From Vibrio alginolyticus NBRC 15630 = ATCC 17749 (GTDB lineage: Bacteria > Pseudomonadota > Gammaproteobacteria > Enterobacterales > Vibrionaceae), in the NCBI RefSeq assembly GCF_000354175.2, contig NC_022359.1:1020001-1052000 (forward strand): 32,000 nt of DNA, given 5' to 3'. Below, piece after piece: positions 9,045 to 17,923 of the stretch (its first letter is position 1; every line of letters starts with the position of its first letter). Position numbers and translations under genes: made by a program. Under the pieces are notes generated by a model. The model was not told the origin of the DNA, ran no database searches, and saw only the letters and a program-made list of their open reading frames with translations.

Positions 9045-9793
9045 GAAATCACCTTCGCTTCGTTACGCAGCTTATCGAGAAGCTCTGAGACAGATTCAAC
9101 CTTGATGCCACCTTTTCTTTGCGCTGGCGGTGTGATTTCTTGAATGGTTTGGCTAAATACCACTTCAACACCCAGACTGTCAGGTGTGATGGTATCTAAC
9201 GGCTTGCGCTTAGCTTTCATGATATTAGGCAAAGAGGCAAAACGCGGTTCATTCAGGCGTAAGTCAGTACTGATCACCGCAGGTAAGTTCATCGCGACCG
9301 TCATCAAGCCGCCGTCCACTTCTCTCACGACCTGAACTTTTTGATCTTCAATCTTCACGTCGGAAGCGAAAGTTGCTTGAGGCCAGTCAAGTAGGGCGGC
9401 CAGCATCTGAGCCACTTGGTTGTTGTCAGTATCAATGGATTGTTTACCCGTAATCACAAGCTGTGCTTGTTCTTGCTCAACCAGAGCTTTGAGCAGCTTA
9501 GCGACGACCAATGGCTCTATTTTGTCTTCAGTATCGATATGAATAGCGCGATCGGCACCTAACGCAAGCGCAGTACGTAGTTGCTCCTGACACTGGCTAC
9601 CGCCGGCACTGACAACGATGACTTCATCTGCAATACCTTGCTCCTTTAGTCGTACGGCTTCTTCAACGGCTATTTCGCAAAATGGATTAATCGTCATCTT
9701 GACGTTATTGGTTTCAACATCGCTATGGTCCGCTTTCACGCGAACTTTAACGTAGGGATCAATGACCCTTTTGATTGGCACTAGTATTTTCAC
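9041..9793 (-). CDS. etfB: Electron transfer flavoprotein, beta subunit
   Basis: 250 aa with an [10 protein letters not shown]...[11 protein letters not shown] signature. It has a GTG start with AAGGAA 6 nt upstream. Confidence 0.92.
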   Translation of the reverse strand: MKILVPIKRVIDPYVKVRVKADHSDVETNNVKMTINPFCEIAVEEAVRLKEQGIADEVIVVSAGGSQCQEQLRTALALGADRAIHIDTEDKIEPLVVAKLLKALVEQEQAQLVITGKQSIDTDNNQVAQMLAALLDWPQATFASDVKIEDQKVQVVREVDGGLMTVAMNLPAVISTDLRLNEPRFASLPNIMKAKRKPLDTITPDSLGVEVVFSQTIQEITPPAQRKGGIKVESVSELLDKLRNEAKVIS

Positions 9794-9804
9794 GTTAGAT
9801 TCCT

Positions 9805-9844
9805 TTTACAGTGAAGACTATGTGTTTACAGTGAAGACGATGTG
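9805..9844. repeat. 20-bp tandem direct repeat (2 copies, 19/20 identical) in the etfB 5' leader
   Basis: TTTACAGTGAAGACTATGTG (9805-9824) is followed directly by TTTACAGTGAAGACGATGTG (9825-9844). Confidence 0.9.
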
Positions 9845-9861
9845 ATGACGTCTTTAAAATG

Positions 9862-9890
9862 ATGTTAATTTACCTTTACGTTTGCGTCAA
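9862..9890 (-). promoter_or_regulatory. Candidate sigma70 promoter of etfBA
   Basis: On the minus strand: TTGACG (-35; plus coordinates 9885-9890), a 17-nt spacer, then TAACAT (-10; 9862-9867). The palindromic motif fills the -35 and spacer. Confidence 0.45.
9875..9890. promoter_or_regulatory. 16-bp imperfect palindrome TTTACGTTTGCGTCAA, a candidate operator shared by the divergent etf promoters
   Basis: Its reverse complement TTGACGCAAACGTAAA matches 13 of 16 positions of TTGACGTTTACGTAAA at 11702-11717. The half-sites are TTkACG. Confidence 0.5.
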
Positions 9891-9903
9891 CTTTAAATAT
9901 ATT
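9875..9903 (+). promoter_or_regulatory. Candidate sigma70 promoter of the ETF-QO gene
   Basis: TTTACG (9875-9880), a 17-nt spacer, then TATATT (9898-9903). It shares the palindrome with the divergent etfBA promoter. Confidence 0.4.
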
Positions 9904-9948
9904 GTTGATTAACAAGTTGGCAACATGCAAAGAAAAAGGAATGCAATC

Positions 9949-11586
9949 ATGGAAAGAGACTGCATGGAATTTGATGTTCTGATTGTAGGCGCTGGTCCCG
10001 CAGGTTTGTCTGCGGCATGCCGAATCAAACAATTAGCAGCAGAAAAAAAACAAGACCTCTCTGTTTGCGTGGTAGAAAAAGGTTCTGAAGTTGGAGCGCA
10101 TATTTTATCGGGTGCGGTGTTTGAAACGCGGAGTTTGGATGAGCTTTTTCCCGACTGGGAAGAGAAAGGCGCGCCGCTCAATACCAAAGTAAACCAAGAT
10201 AAAACCTACTATCTAGGCAATGACATCAATGGTCATGAACTGCCTTCTTGGGCGGTGCCTAATACGTTACATAACAAAGGTAATTACATCATAAGTTTGG
10301 GCAGTCTATGCCGATGGATGGCGTTGCAGGCTGAGAACTTGGGGGTGGAGGTCTACCCAGGTTTTACCGCCAGTCAAGCGATCATCGATGAAGATAGTCG
10401 TGTTTGTGGCGTGATCACGGGCGATATGGGATTAGATAAAAATGGTGAACAAAAAGGAAATTTCGAACCTGGTATTGAACTACGAGCGAAGTTTACTTTA
10501 TTTGCTGAAGGCGCACGGGGGCATATTGGTAAGCAGTTGATTAACCGATTTAATCTTGCTGAAGAGAAAACGCCTCAACACTACGCTATCGGTTTTAAAG
10601 AGCTGTGGGAAATCCCATCAGAGCAGCATCAGCAAGGTTTAGTAGTGCACGGATTAGGTTGGCCGTTATCAAATGAAGCTACAGGTGGCAGTTATCTCTA
10701 CCATTTAGAGGGAAACCAAGTTGCCGTCGGGTTGATTGTTGACTTGAATTATAAGAATCCGCACTTGAGTCCATTTGATGAGTTTCAACGTTTTAAACAC
10801 CACCCGTTGATTGAGCAATACCTCAAAAATGGGAAGCGTATTAGCTATGGCGCGAGAGCGATCACCAAGGGCGGCTTTCATTCGCTTCCCACGCAACAGT
10901 TTGCTGGTGGCTTGTTAATTGGCTGTGATGCAGGAACACTTAACGGCGCTAAAATCAAAGGCACACACACCGCAATGAAATCTGGCATGCTTGCCGCTGA
11001 AGCAGTATGTGAAGCCCTTGAGAGTCAGTCAGTTACTGCTGATTATCAAAAGCATTTCAAACAGTCTTGGCTGTATGAAGAGCTTTATCAAGCACGTAAC
11101 TTCTCAAGTGGTATTCACCGCTTTGGATCGTGGCTGGGCGGTGGTTTAGCGCTGCTGGAACATAACGTATTAAAAGGCAAAGCTAAGTGGCATATCCGCT
11201 GTGATAAGCCTGATCATCAGTCTCTGTTATTGGCGGAAAACAGCAATGAAATTGTCTATCCGAAGCCTGATGGCGTGTTAAGTTTCGATCGCCTCTCTTC
11301 TGTTTATCTATCCAATATCTTCCATGAGGAAGATCAACCATGCCACTTACGACTGGAGAACCAGCGGATCCCTATTGAGCAGAACCTTGAATTATATGCA
11401 GAGCCAGCACAGCGCTATTGTCCGGCTGGCGTGTATGAAATCGTACAGGGGGAGCAGCAGCCAGAGCTGCAAATAAATGCGGCCAACTGTATCCACTGTA
11501 AGACCTGCGACATCAAAGATCCAAGTCAAAATATTACCTGGATTCCGCCAGAAGGTGGTGGTGGTCCGAACTATCCAAATATGTAA
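9949..11586 (+). CDS. etfD: Electron transfer flavoprotein-ubiquinone oxidoreductase (ETF-QO)
   Basis: It has the FAD motif DVLIVGAGPAGLSAA and a C-terminal 4Fe-4S region (CPAGVYE...CIHCKTCDIKDP). I prefer the start at 9949 (MERDCMEFDV, AAGGA 6 nt upstream); the ORF-track start is 9925. Confidence 0.9.
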   Translation: MERDCMEFDVLIVGAGPAGLSAACRIKQLAAEKKQDLSVCVVEKGSEVGAHILSGAVFETRSLDELFPDWEEKGAPLNTKVNQDKTYYLGNDINGHELPSWAVPNTLHNKGNYIISLGSLCRWMALQAENLGVEVYPGFTASQAIIDEDSRVCGVITGDMGLDKNGEQKGNFEPGIELRAKFTLFAEGARGHIGKQLINRFNLAEEKTPQHYAIGFKELWEIPSEQHQQGLVVHGLGWPLSNEATGGSYLYHLEGNQVAVGLIVDLNYKNPHLSPFDEFQRFKHHPLIEQYLKNGKRISYGARAITKGGFHSLPTQQFAGGLLIGCDAGTLNGAKIKGTHTAMKSGMLAAEAVCEALESQSVTADYQKHFKQSWLYEELYQARNFSSGIHRFGSWLGGGLALLEHNVLKGKAKWHIRCDKPDHQSLLLAENSNEIVYPKPDGVLSFDRLSSVYLSNIFHEEDQPCHLRLENQRIPIEQNLELYAEPAQRYCPAGVYEIVQGEQQPELQINAANCIHCKTCDIKDPSQNITWIPPEGGGGPNYPNM

Positions 11587-11701
11587 GCGTTTGAGAATAA
11601 TTTTTATTAACAATTTATTTACTTAAAGTTTGCGTTAGTTCAAATCTTTCTCGATGAACTCGATTGCAACTTAATCTTTCAGGCACTATTCTGATTTTAA
11701 A

Positions 11702-11717
11702 TTGACGTTTACGTAAA
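11702..11717. promoter_or_regulatory. Second copy of the TTGACG-N3-ACGTAAA operator-like motif. It contains the perfect 12-bp palindrome GTTTACGTAAAC.
   Basis: TTGACGTTTACGTAAA was read directly from the sequence, 112 bp upstream of the first ABC gene. Confidence 0.5.
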
Positions 11718-11828
11718 CTGAATACAAAGTTGATGCATAGGTGTAAAAGCGGTTACCAGTATCAAAGTTAGGTTTGATCAAATAGTGCTCAATGGAACGC
11801 ACTTAAAATAACGAAAGGGAGATCAACT

Positions 11829-12629
11829 ATGGTATCGGAATCGCCTCTGTTGCAGGTAAACGATATTTCATTGGCTTTTGGTGGGGTGAAAGCTTTAACT
11901 GACGTGAGCTTCCATGTGAATGAAAAGGAAATTTTTTCAATCATTGGTCCAAACGGTGCAGGTAAAACCTCAATGCTCAATTGCATCTCTGGTCGATACA
12001 CACCAAACAAAGGCTCTGTAATCTTCGCTGGAGATGACGTAACTAAACGTACACCAAGCCAACGAGCTGAGTTAGGGCTGGGAAGAACCTTCCAAAACTT
12101 AGCGCTCTTTTCTCATATGTCGGTACTGGACAACATCATGGTTGGCCGACACCACCTACTGAAAAATAACTTCGTCACGGGGCCACTCTATTGGTTCTCC
12201 AATGCGCAGAAAGAAGAGATGGCGCACCGCAAATATGTGGAAGACGTGATCGATTTTCTAGAAATCCAGCACATCCGAAAAGCGACTGCAGGCACCCTAT
12301 CTTACGGCTTACGTAAGCGTGTAGAGCTTGCTCGTGCCATTGCCTTAAAACCTAAGTTACTGCTGCTTGATGAACCAATGGCAGGTATGAACTTGGAAGA
12401 AAAGGAAGACATGGCACGTTACATCATGGATCTGAATGAAGAATTAGATATCACGATCATCATGATTGAGCACGACATGGGCGTGGTCATGGACATCTCT
12501 AATCGCGTTTTGGTTTTGGATTTCGGTAAACACATTGCTACGGGTGAGCCTGAAGAAGTGATGGCCAACCCACATGTGAAACAAGCGTACTTAGGCGAAG
12601 AGTTACCGACATTAGAGGAGAGTGCATAA
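11829..12629 (+). CDS. ABC transporter ATP-binding protein, LivG-like (HAAT family)
   Basis: Walker A (GPNGAGKT), the signature motif (LSYGLRKRVELA) and Walker B (LLLLDEP) are all present. An AAGGGAG RBS precedes the start. Confidence 0.9.
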   Translation: MVSESPLLQVNDISLAFGGVKALTDVSFHVNEKEIFSIIGPNGAGKTSMLNCISGRYTPNKGSVIFAGDDVTKRTPSQRAELGLGRTFQNLALFSHMSVLDNIMVGRHHLLKNNFVTGPLYWFSNAQKEEMAHRKYVEDVIDFLEIQHIRKATAGTLSYGLRKRVELARAIALKPKLLLLDEPMAGMNLEEKEDMARYIMDLNEELDITIIMIEHDMGVVMDISNRVLVLDFGKHIATGEPEEVMANPHVKQAYLGEELPTLEESA

Positions 12630-14581
12630 TGGCACAGCAACATAATGATTGGGCAGATATAACCCGCTTAGATACCTTTCCAAAAGTGTTGCAACACAAT
12701 GCCAAGAACTGGCCCGAACAAGTCGCAATGCGTGAAAAGGAGTTTGGTATATGGCGAGAGTTCACTTGGAAGGATTATGAAAACCGCGTCAAGTGGATGG
12801 CACTGGCACTACGAGATTTGGGTATTGGTGAGCAAGATGTCGTTGGTTTGCTAGGTGATAACCGCCCTGAATGGGTATGGGGCGAGTTAGCGGCACATGC
12901 GATCAAAGGTTTCTCGCTGGGCATCTATCAAGATTCTATGCACGAAGAGGTGGCGTACCTTATCAACTATGCAAAAGCAAAAGTCGTGATTGCCGAAGAT
13001 GAAGAGCAATGCGACAAGCTGCTTGAGCTTGGTGATGAAATTCCTAGCGTTGAATACATTATTTACTGCGATCCTCGTGGAATGCGTAAATACGATGATC
13101 CAAGATTAATTGATGTTGAACAGGTCTACAAAAAAGGTCAGCTGATTGATAAAGCGGACCCAGACAAATATCTCAATATGGTTGTTGAAACCAAAGGCAG
13201 CGATCTTTCAATTCTTTGTACTACGTCCGGTACGACTTCTAAACCAAAATTGGCTCAGCTACACAGTGGCACGTTCTTGGATCACTGTGCGGCTTACTTG
13301 CGTGCAGACCCTCGTTCCCCAGGCGACAACTACGTTTCTGTTCTGCCTTTGCCTTGGATTATGGAGCAGGTTTACGTGGTTGGTCAGGCGTTGATTTCTC
13401 GTCAAATCGTTAACTTTGTGGAAGAACAAGAAACCATGATGTCCGACTTGCGTGAAATCGGTCCAAACTTTGTGCTGTTAGCGCCACGTGTGTGGGAAAA
13501 CATTGTGGCAGACGTGTCTGCACGAATGATGGATTCGACACCGTTTAAGCAAAAGATGTACAAACTGGGCATGAGCTTAGCCAACAAAGCGCTGGAGCAG
13601 GGTAAACGCTCTAAGTTGGCTGAATGGATTCTTCTGCGTGCTCTGCGTGACCGTTTAGGGTTTTCGAACCTGACATCTGCGGCAACCGGCGGTGCGGCGA
13701 TGGGACCGGATACTTTCCGTTACCTACAAGCTATTGGTGTGCCACTTAAGCAGCTTTATGGTCAGACCGAAATGTGTGGCGCATACACCGTGCACCAAGC
13801 GGATGATGTGGATTACGATTCCGTTGGTGTTGCGTTTGATAATGCAGAAGTGAAAGTCATCAACCCGGACAGCAATGGCGTTGGTGAAATCATCGCGAAA
13901 AGTACAGGCATGTTTACTGGCTACTTAAACAACCAAGCAGCATATGATGAAGATGTTCAAGATGGTTGGATGCACACAGGCGATGCGGGCTATTTTAAAG
14001 ATTCCGGTCACTTGGTGGTGATTGATCGTCTGAAAGATATGTCGGAAACCAGCCATGGCGACCGTTATTCGCCACAGTTTATCGAAAACAAACTCAAGTT
14101 CTCGCCGTTTATTGCAGAAGCCGTGGTGGTAGGTAAAGGTCGACCTTGGCTGTCTGCCATCATCTGTATTCGCTATGCGATCGTCGCGAAGTGGGCAGAG
14201 CAACGCGGCTTGGCATTTACCAACTACACCAACTTATCTGCTCAACCAGAAGTGTACCAAGCGATTCGTGAAGAAGTTCAAAAAGTGAACGAATCCCTAC
14301 CGGATGCACAGAAGATCAGCAAATTCATTCTACTTTACAAAGAGCTGGATGCCGACGATGGAGAGCTAACTCGCACACGTAAAGTACGCCGTGGTGTGGT
14401 TGCAGAGAAATACGGAGACATCATCGAAACCATCTACAGCGACGATCCAAAAGTCGATGTCGATACAGTGATCACTTATCAAGATGGCACCAAAACACGC
14501 ATTCAAACGTCGCTAGTTATTGAAACGCTTATTGAGCATGAGCCAACACTAGTGGATAGCGAACAACGGAGGATCGCATAG
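12629..14581 (+). CDS. AMP-forming acyl-CoA synthetase, long-chain (ACSL/FAA1-like) type, embedded in the ABC operon
   Basis: 650 aa. It has the canonical ANL motifs TSGTTSKPK, YGQTE and GWMHTGDAGY...VIDRLKD. It overlaps both neighbours by 1 nt (TAATG at 12627-12631; TAGTG at 14579-14583). Confidence 0.85.
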   Translation: MAQQHNDWADITRLDTFPKVLQHNAKNWPEQVAMREKEFGIWREFTWKDYENRVKWMALALRDLGIGEQDVVGLLGDNRPEWVWGELAAHAIKGFSLGIYQDSMHEEVAYLINYAKAKVVIAEDEEQCDKLLELGDEIPSVEYIIYCDPRGMRKYDDPRLIDVEQVYKKGQLIDKADPDKYLNMVVETKGSDLSILCTTSGTTSKPKLAQLHSGTFLDHCAAYLRADPRSPGDNYVSVLPLPWIMEQVYVVGQALISRQIVNFVEEQETMMSDLREIGPNFVLLAPRVWENIVADVSARMMDSTPFKQKMYKLGMSLANKALEQGKRSKLAEWILLRALRDRLGFSNLTSAATGGAAMGPDTFRYLQAIGVPLKQLYGQTEMCGAYTVHQADDVDYDSVGVAFDNAEVKVINPDSNGVGEIIAKSTGMFTGYLNNQAAYDEDVQDGWMHTGDAGYFKDSGHLVVIDRLKDMSETSHGDRYSPQFIENKLKFSPFIAEAVVVGKGRPWLSAIICIRYAIVAKWAEQRGLAFTNYTNLSAQPEVYQAIREEVQKVNESLPDAQKISKFILLYKELDADDGELTRTRKVRRGVVAEKYGDIIETIYSDDPKVDVDTVITYQDGTKTRIQTSLVIETLIEHEPTLVDSEQRRIA

Positions 14582-15474
14582 TGAATACGGATTTATTACT
14601 GCAACTCGTCATTAATGGCGTGATCGTTGGCATGTTGTATGGCGTTGTCGCCATGTGCTTTGTATTGATTTACAAATCGACCCAGGTGGTCAACTTTGCT
14701 CAGGGTGAGTTCCTGTTGATTGGCGCATGGGTATGTTGGGCGGCATTGGTACACCTACAGTTACCGTTTTTTATAGGCTTTTTACTCACGCTCGCGTTCA
14801 TGATGATTTTTGGTATCGCCGTGCAAACCATTGTGCTCAGACCGTTGATTGGTGAACCGATTATCTCTGTGATCATGGTGACCATTGGTCTATCGATGTT
14901 TTTCCAAGCGCTGATGAAGTGGATATTCGGTGTCTCTGCTGTGTCGTACCCGCAAGTGTTCGAAACCAACGTGGTGAATATCGGAGGTTTGAATGTTGAG
15001 TTTGCTTACATTCTGAGCTTGATCTTCTCAATGCTCATCATGGGCGCGTTCTACTGGTTCTTCAAATTCAGCAAAATGGGTCTGGCAATGCGCGCAACGG
15101 CATTCAACCAGCAAGTAGCCCAGAGTCTTGGCATTTCCATCAAGAAAGTGTTCGCCATCAGTTGGGCCATTTCGGCAATGGTATCTGCAACAGCAGGGAT
15201 TGTTATCGGTATCGTTAACGGCGTATCTGACGCGCTATCCATTATTGGTATCAAAGTTTTCCCAGCCGTTATTTTAGGTGGCTTAGATTCGGTAGTCGGC
15301 GCAATTGTCGGTGGTATCACCATCGGGGTGCTAGAAAACTTGGCTGAGTTTTTTGATAGCCAATACCTGCAAGTGGGTAACTTATACAACATCGCACCAT
15401 TCTATGTGCTGTTAATCATTCTTGCCTTCAAGCCATATGGCCTGTTTGGTACCAAAGATATTGAGCGTATTTAA
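14581..15474 (+). CDS. ABC transporter permease, LivH-like
   Basis: 297 aa, polytopic, with a LivH-type N-terminus (LLQLVINGVIVGMLYGVVA). GTG start. Confidence 0.88.
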   Translation: MNTDLLLQLVINGVIVGMLYGVVAMCFVLIYKSTQVVNFAQGEFLLIGAWVCWAALVHLQLPFFIGFLLTLAFMMIFGIAVQTIVLRPLIGEPIISVIMVTIGLSMFFQALMKWIFGVSAVSYPQVFETNVVNIGGLNVEFAYILSLIFSMLIMGAFYWFFKFSKMGLAMRATAFNQQVAQSLGISIKKVFAISWAISAMVSATAGIVIGIVNGVSDALSIIGIKVFPAVILGGLDSVVGAIVGGITIGVLENLAEFFDSQYLQVGNLYNIAPFYVLLIILAFKPYGLFGTKDIERI

Positions 15475-15485
15475 GGAGAAATAAC

Positions 15486-16553
15486 ATGGCTCAACTTAGC
15501 ATGCGCCCATGTGGGGATTTTCGAACCACATACAAAAGCGATACGCCAATTTTTGAAACCAAAACCATCAGAAGCCTTGCGATTGCAGGTGTCATCGCCA
15601 TGCTGGCAGCACCGCTGGTCTTGGATATTTACTTCCTAAACCTGTTTATTCAGATTGCATACCTCGGTATCGCGGCATTGGGCTTAAACATTTTGGTTGG
15701 TTTTACCGGACAAATCTCGCTAGGTCACGGTGCGTTCTTTGGTTTTGGCGCCTTTGCATCGGCTTGGTTAAATAACCAGTTTAACATTCCAGTCGTGTTT
15801 GCGATTCCGCTTGCGGGTTACTTAACCATGATTGTGGGGATGCTGTTTGGTCTGCCAGCGGCTCGAATTAAAGGTTTATATCTAGCTATCGCAACGTTGG
15901 CGGCGCAGTTTATTTTAGAGGACTTCTTTGCTCGCGCAGATTGGTTCAGTGGCGGCTCATACGGTGCAAGCGCGAACCCAATTAATTTGTTTGGTTTTGA
16001 GTTTACGACTGACGAAAGCTTCTTCTACATCGCTCTGTTTGCGCTGATCTTCATGTATATGTGGGCATCAAACTTAATCCGTTCTCGTGACGGTCGCGCG
16101 TTTGTCTCAGTACGAGATCACTATCTGTCAGCAGAGATCATGGGCATCAACCTAACCAAGTATCGTCTGCTCTCATTTGGAGTGTGTGCATTCTATGCGG
16201 GCATCGGGGGTGCACTCTACGGACATTATCTAGGGTTTGTATCAGCAGAAGGCTTCACCATCATGATGTCTATCCAGTTCTTGGCAATGATCATCATTGG
16301 TGGCTTAGGCTCAGTCAAAGGTACGCTGATGGGGACGATATTTATCGTATTGCTGCCTGAAGTTTTAGAGTTTGGCGTAACGGGGCTTTCAGCGTTTGGT
16401 GATACCACCGCTTTCACTGATGGTCTGGCTTACTTCAAAGAGATGGCGATTGGTTTAGTCATCATGCTGTTCCTCATTTTCGAACCTCAAGGATTATCGC
16501 ATCGCTGGCAACAGATTCGAGCATATTGGAAACATTATCCGTTCTCATATTAA
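15486..16553 (+). CDS. ABC transporter permease, LivM-like
   Basis: 355 aa, polytopic, with the motif [16 protein letters not shown] typical of LivM-family permeases. Confidence 0.88.
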   Translation: MAQLSMRPCGDFRTTYKSDTPIFETKTIRSLAIAGVIAMLAAPLVLDIYFLNLFIQIAYLGIAALGLNILVGFTGQISLGHGAFFGFGAFASAWLNNQFNIPVVFAIPLAGYLTMIVGMLFGLPAARIKGLYLAIATLAAQFILEDFFARADWFSGGSYGASANPINLFGFEFTTDESFFYIALFALIFMYMWASNLIRSRDGRAFVSVRDHYLSAEIMGINLTKYRLLSFGVCAFYAGIGGALYGHYLGFVSAEGFTIMMSIQFLAMIIIGGLGSVKGTLMGTIFIVLLPEVLEFGVTGLSAFGDTTAFTDGLAYFKEMAIGLVIMLFLIFEPQGLSHRWQQIRAYWKHYPFSY

Positions 16554-16598
16554 CGTGGAATTAAGTGGAATATACCTCAATAACAAGGACAACGAGTT

Positions 16599-17843
16599 AT
16601 GAACAAAGGACATTTAGCGACAACGTTGGTGCTGTCATCTGCACTGTTTACTACCGCAACTTGGGCAAAAGATTCTGTGTTTGTCGGGCAATTAGTCGAC
16701 TTTTCTGGACCAACGGCTTATGTGAGCAAGCCTTATGGTTCTGGCGTGCGAGACGCATTGCGTTGGATTAACCAAAACGGTGGCATTAACGGTACCGAGC
16801 TCGAATTTGAAACAGTAGACATGGCGTACAAAGTACCAGTGGCGATTTCTAACTATAAACGTTGGGTGGCGCGTAAAGACATGGTTGCGCTGCAAGGTTG
16901 GGGTACGGCGGATACCGAAGCACTTATTTCGTTTGTTACCAAAGACAAAGTGCCGGTGTTCTCTGCTTCTTACTCTGGTCACTTAACTGACCCAACTGGC
17001 AAAAACCCAAAAACCGCGAAACCAGCGCCTTATAACTTCTTTTATGGTGCGTCGTACTCAGATGCGTGTCGTGCGCTAGTTAAGTGGGCGAAAGAAGATT
17101 GGGAATCTAAGGGCAATCAAGGTGCGCCGAAATTTACGCACATTGGCGATAACCATCCATTCCCGAATGCGCCAAAAGAAGCGTGTGCAGAGTACGCCAA
17201 AGAACTTGGTTTTGATGTGCAAAACCCAGTCGTTGTGTCACTAAAACCAGGGGACTTCAAAGCGCAATGTTTGTCGCTGAAAGAGTCAGGCACCAACTAC
17301 GGTTACATTGCTAATATCGGTAGCTCGGTTATCTCACTAGTGAAGTCTTGTAACACGGTTGGGACAGAGTTCCAGTACATGGCAAACATTTGGGGCGGCG
17401 ATAAGCCAGTGCTTGAAGCAGCAGGCGATGGCCTTAAAGATTACGTTTTCCCAGGTATGACAGCGTTTTGGGGAGATGATAATGAAGGCATGAAACTGGT
17501 CCGTGAGATTTCTAAGCAGTCTGAATCAGAGCCGGGCGAATTCAGAACTCACCATTACATTCGCGGTATTTGTTCTGCGTTCTATATGAAAGAAGCAATG
17601 GAGTGGGCGAAAGACAACGGTGGTATCACAGGTGAAAACATCAAGAAGGGCATGTATGTCCATGACAACTGGGTACCACAAGGCTTAGAAGGTGTTTGTG
17701 TCCCTGCGAACTGGAAACCGGAAGATCACCGAGGCACAACAACCGTGAACGTCTTTATGGGCAACAACGATGGCGGCGCAGTTGATATCAAGAAAGTATC
17801 ACAGGTGACATTGTCACGTCGTGACGATTGGCTAGGTTACTAA
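16599..17843 (+). CDS. Periplasmic substrate-binding protein of the ABC importer (type I PBP, LivK-like fold). Ligand unknown.
   Basis: It has a signal peptide ([11 protein letters not shown]). The 414-aa length and operon position fit. Its sequence is not obviously close to classical Leu/Ile/Val binders. Confidence 0.8.
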   Translation: MNKGHLATTLVLSSALFTTATWAKDSVFVGQLVDFSGPTAYVSKPYGSGVRDALRWINQNGGINGTELEFETVDMAYKVPVAISNYKRWVARKDMVALQGWGTADTEALISFVTKDKVPVFSASYSGHLTDPTGKNPKTAKPAPYNFFYGASYSDACRALVKWAKEDWESKGNQGAPKFTHIGDNHPFPNAPKEACAEYAKELGFDVQNPVVVSLKPGDFKAQCLSLKESGTNYGYIANIGSSVISLVKSCNTVGTEFQYMANIWGGDKPVLEAAGDGLKDYVFPGMTAFWGDDNEGMKLVREISKQSESEPGEFRTHHYIRGICSAFYMKEAMEWAKDNGGITGENIKKGMYVHDNWVPQGLEGVCVPANWKPEDHRGTTTVNVFMGNNDGGAVDIKKVSQVTLSRRDDWLGY

Positions 17844-17884
17844 TCTACGACTTATTAATAACAAAGCTTACTGAAAATAAGGAT

Positions 17885-17906
17885 GGGTGAGAGAACACTC
17901 TCACCC
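17885..17906 (+). other. Intercistronic RNA hairpin between the SBP and LivF-like genes
   Basis: GGGTGAGAG-aaca-CTCTCACCC forms a perfect 9-bp stem. No T-tract follows. It ends 4 nt before the AAGGAG RBS of the next gene. Confidence 0.6.
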
Positions 17907-17923
17907 TAGCAAGGAGTAGCTTG

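Noticed and set aside
11623-11638. A third, degenerate copy of the TTkACG operator motif (TTAAAGTTTGCGTTAG)
   Set aside because: It matches only 12 of 16 positions and has lost one ACG half-site core, so it cannot be told apart from chance without a genome-wide model. It is mentioned in the finding at 11702-11717 but not called as a feature.
14700-15392. Minus-strand ORFs of 89 and 113 aa inside the LivH-like permease gene
   Set aside because: They are antisense to a clear polytopic permease CDS and have no independent support.
16565-16771. A 68-aa ORF in an alternative frame overlapping the start of the substrate-binding protein gene
   Set aside because: The 414-aa SBP frame, with its signal peptide and RBS, explains the region. 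The alternative frame has no support.
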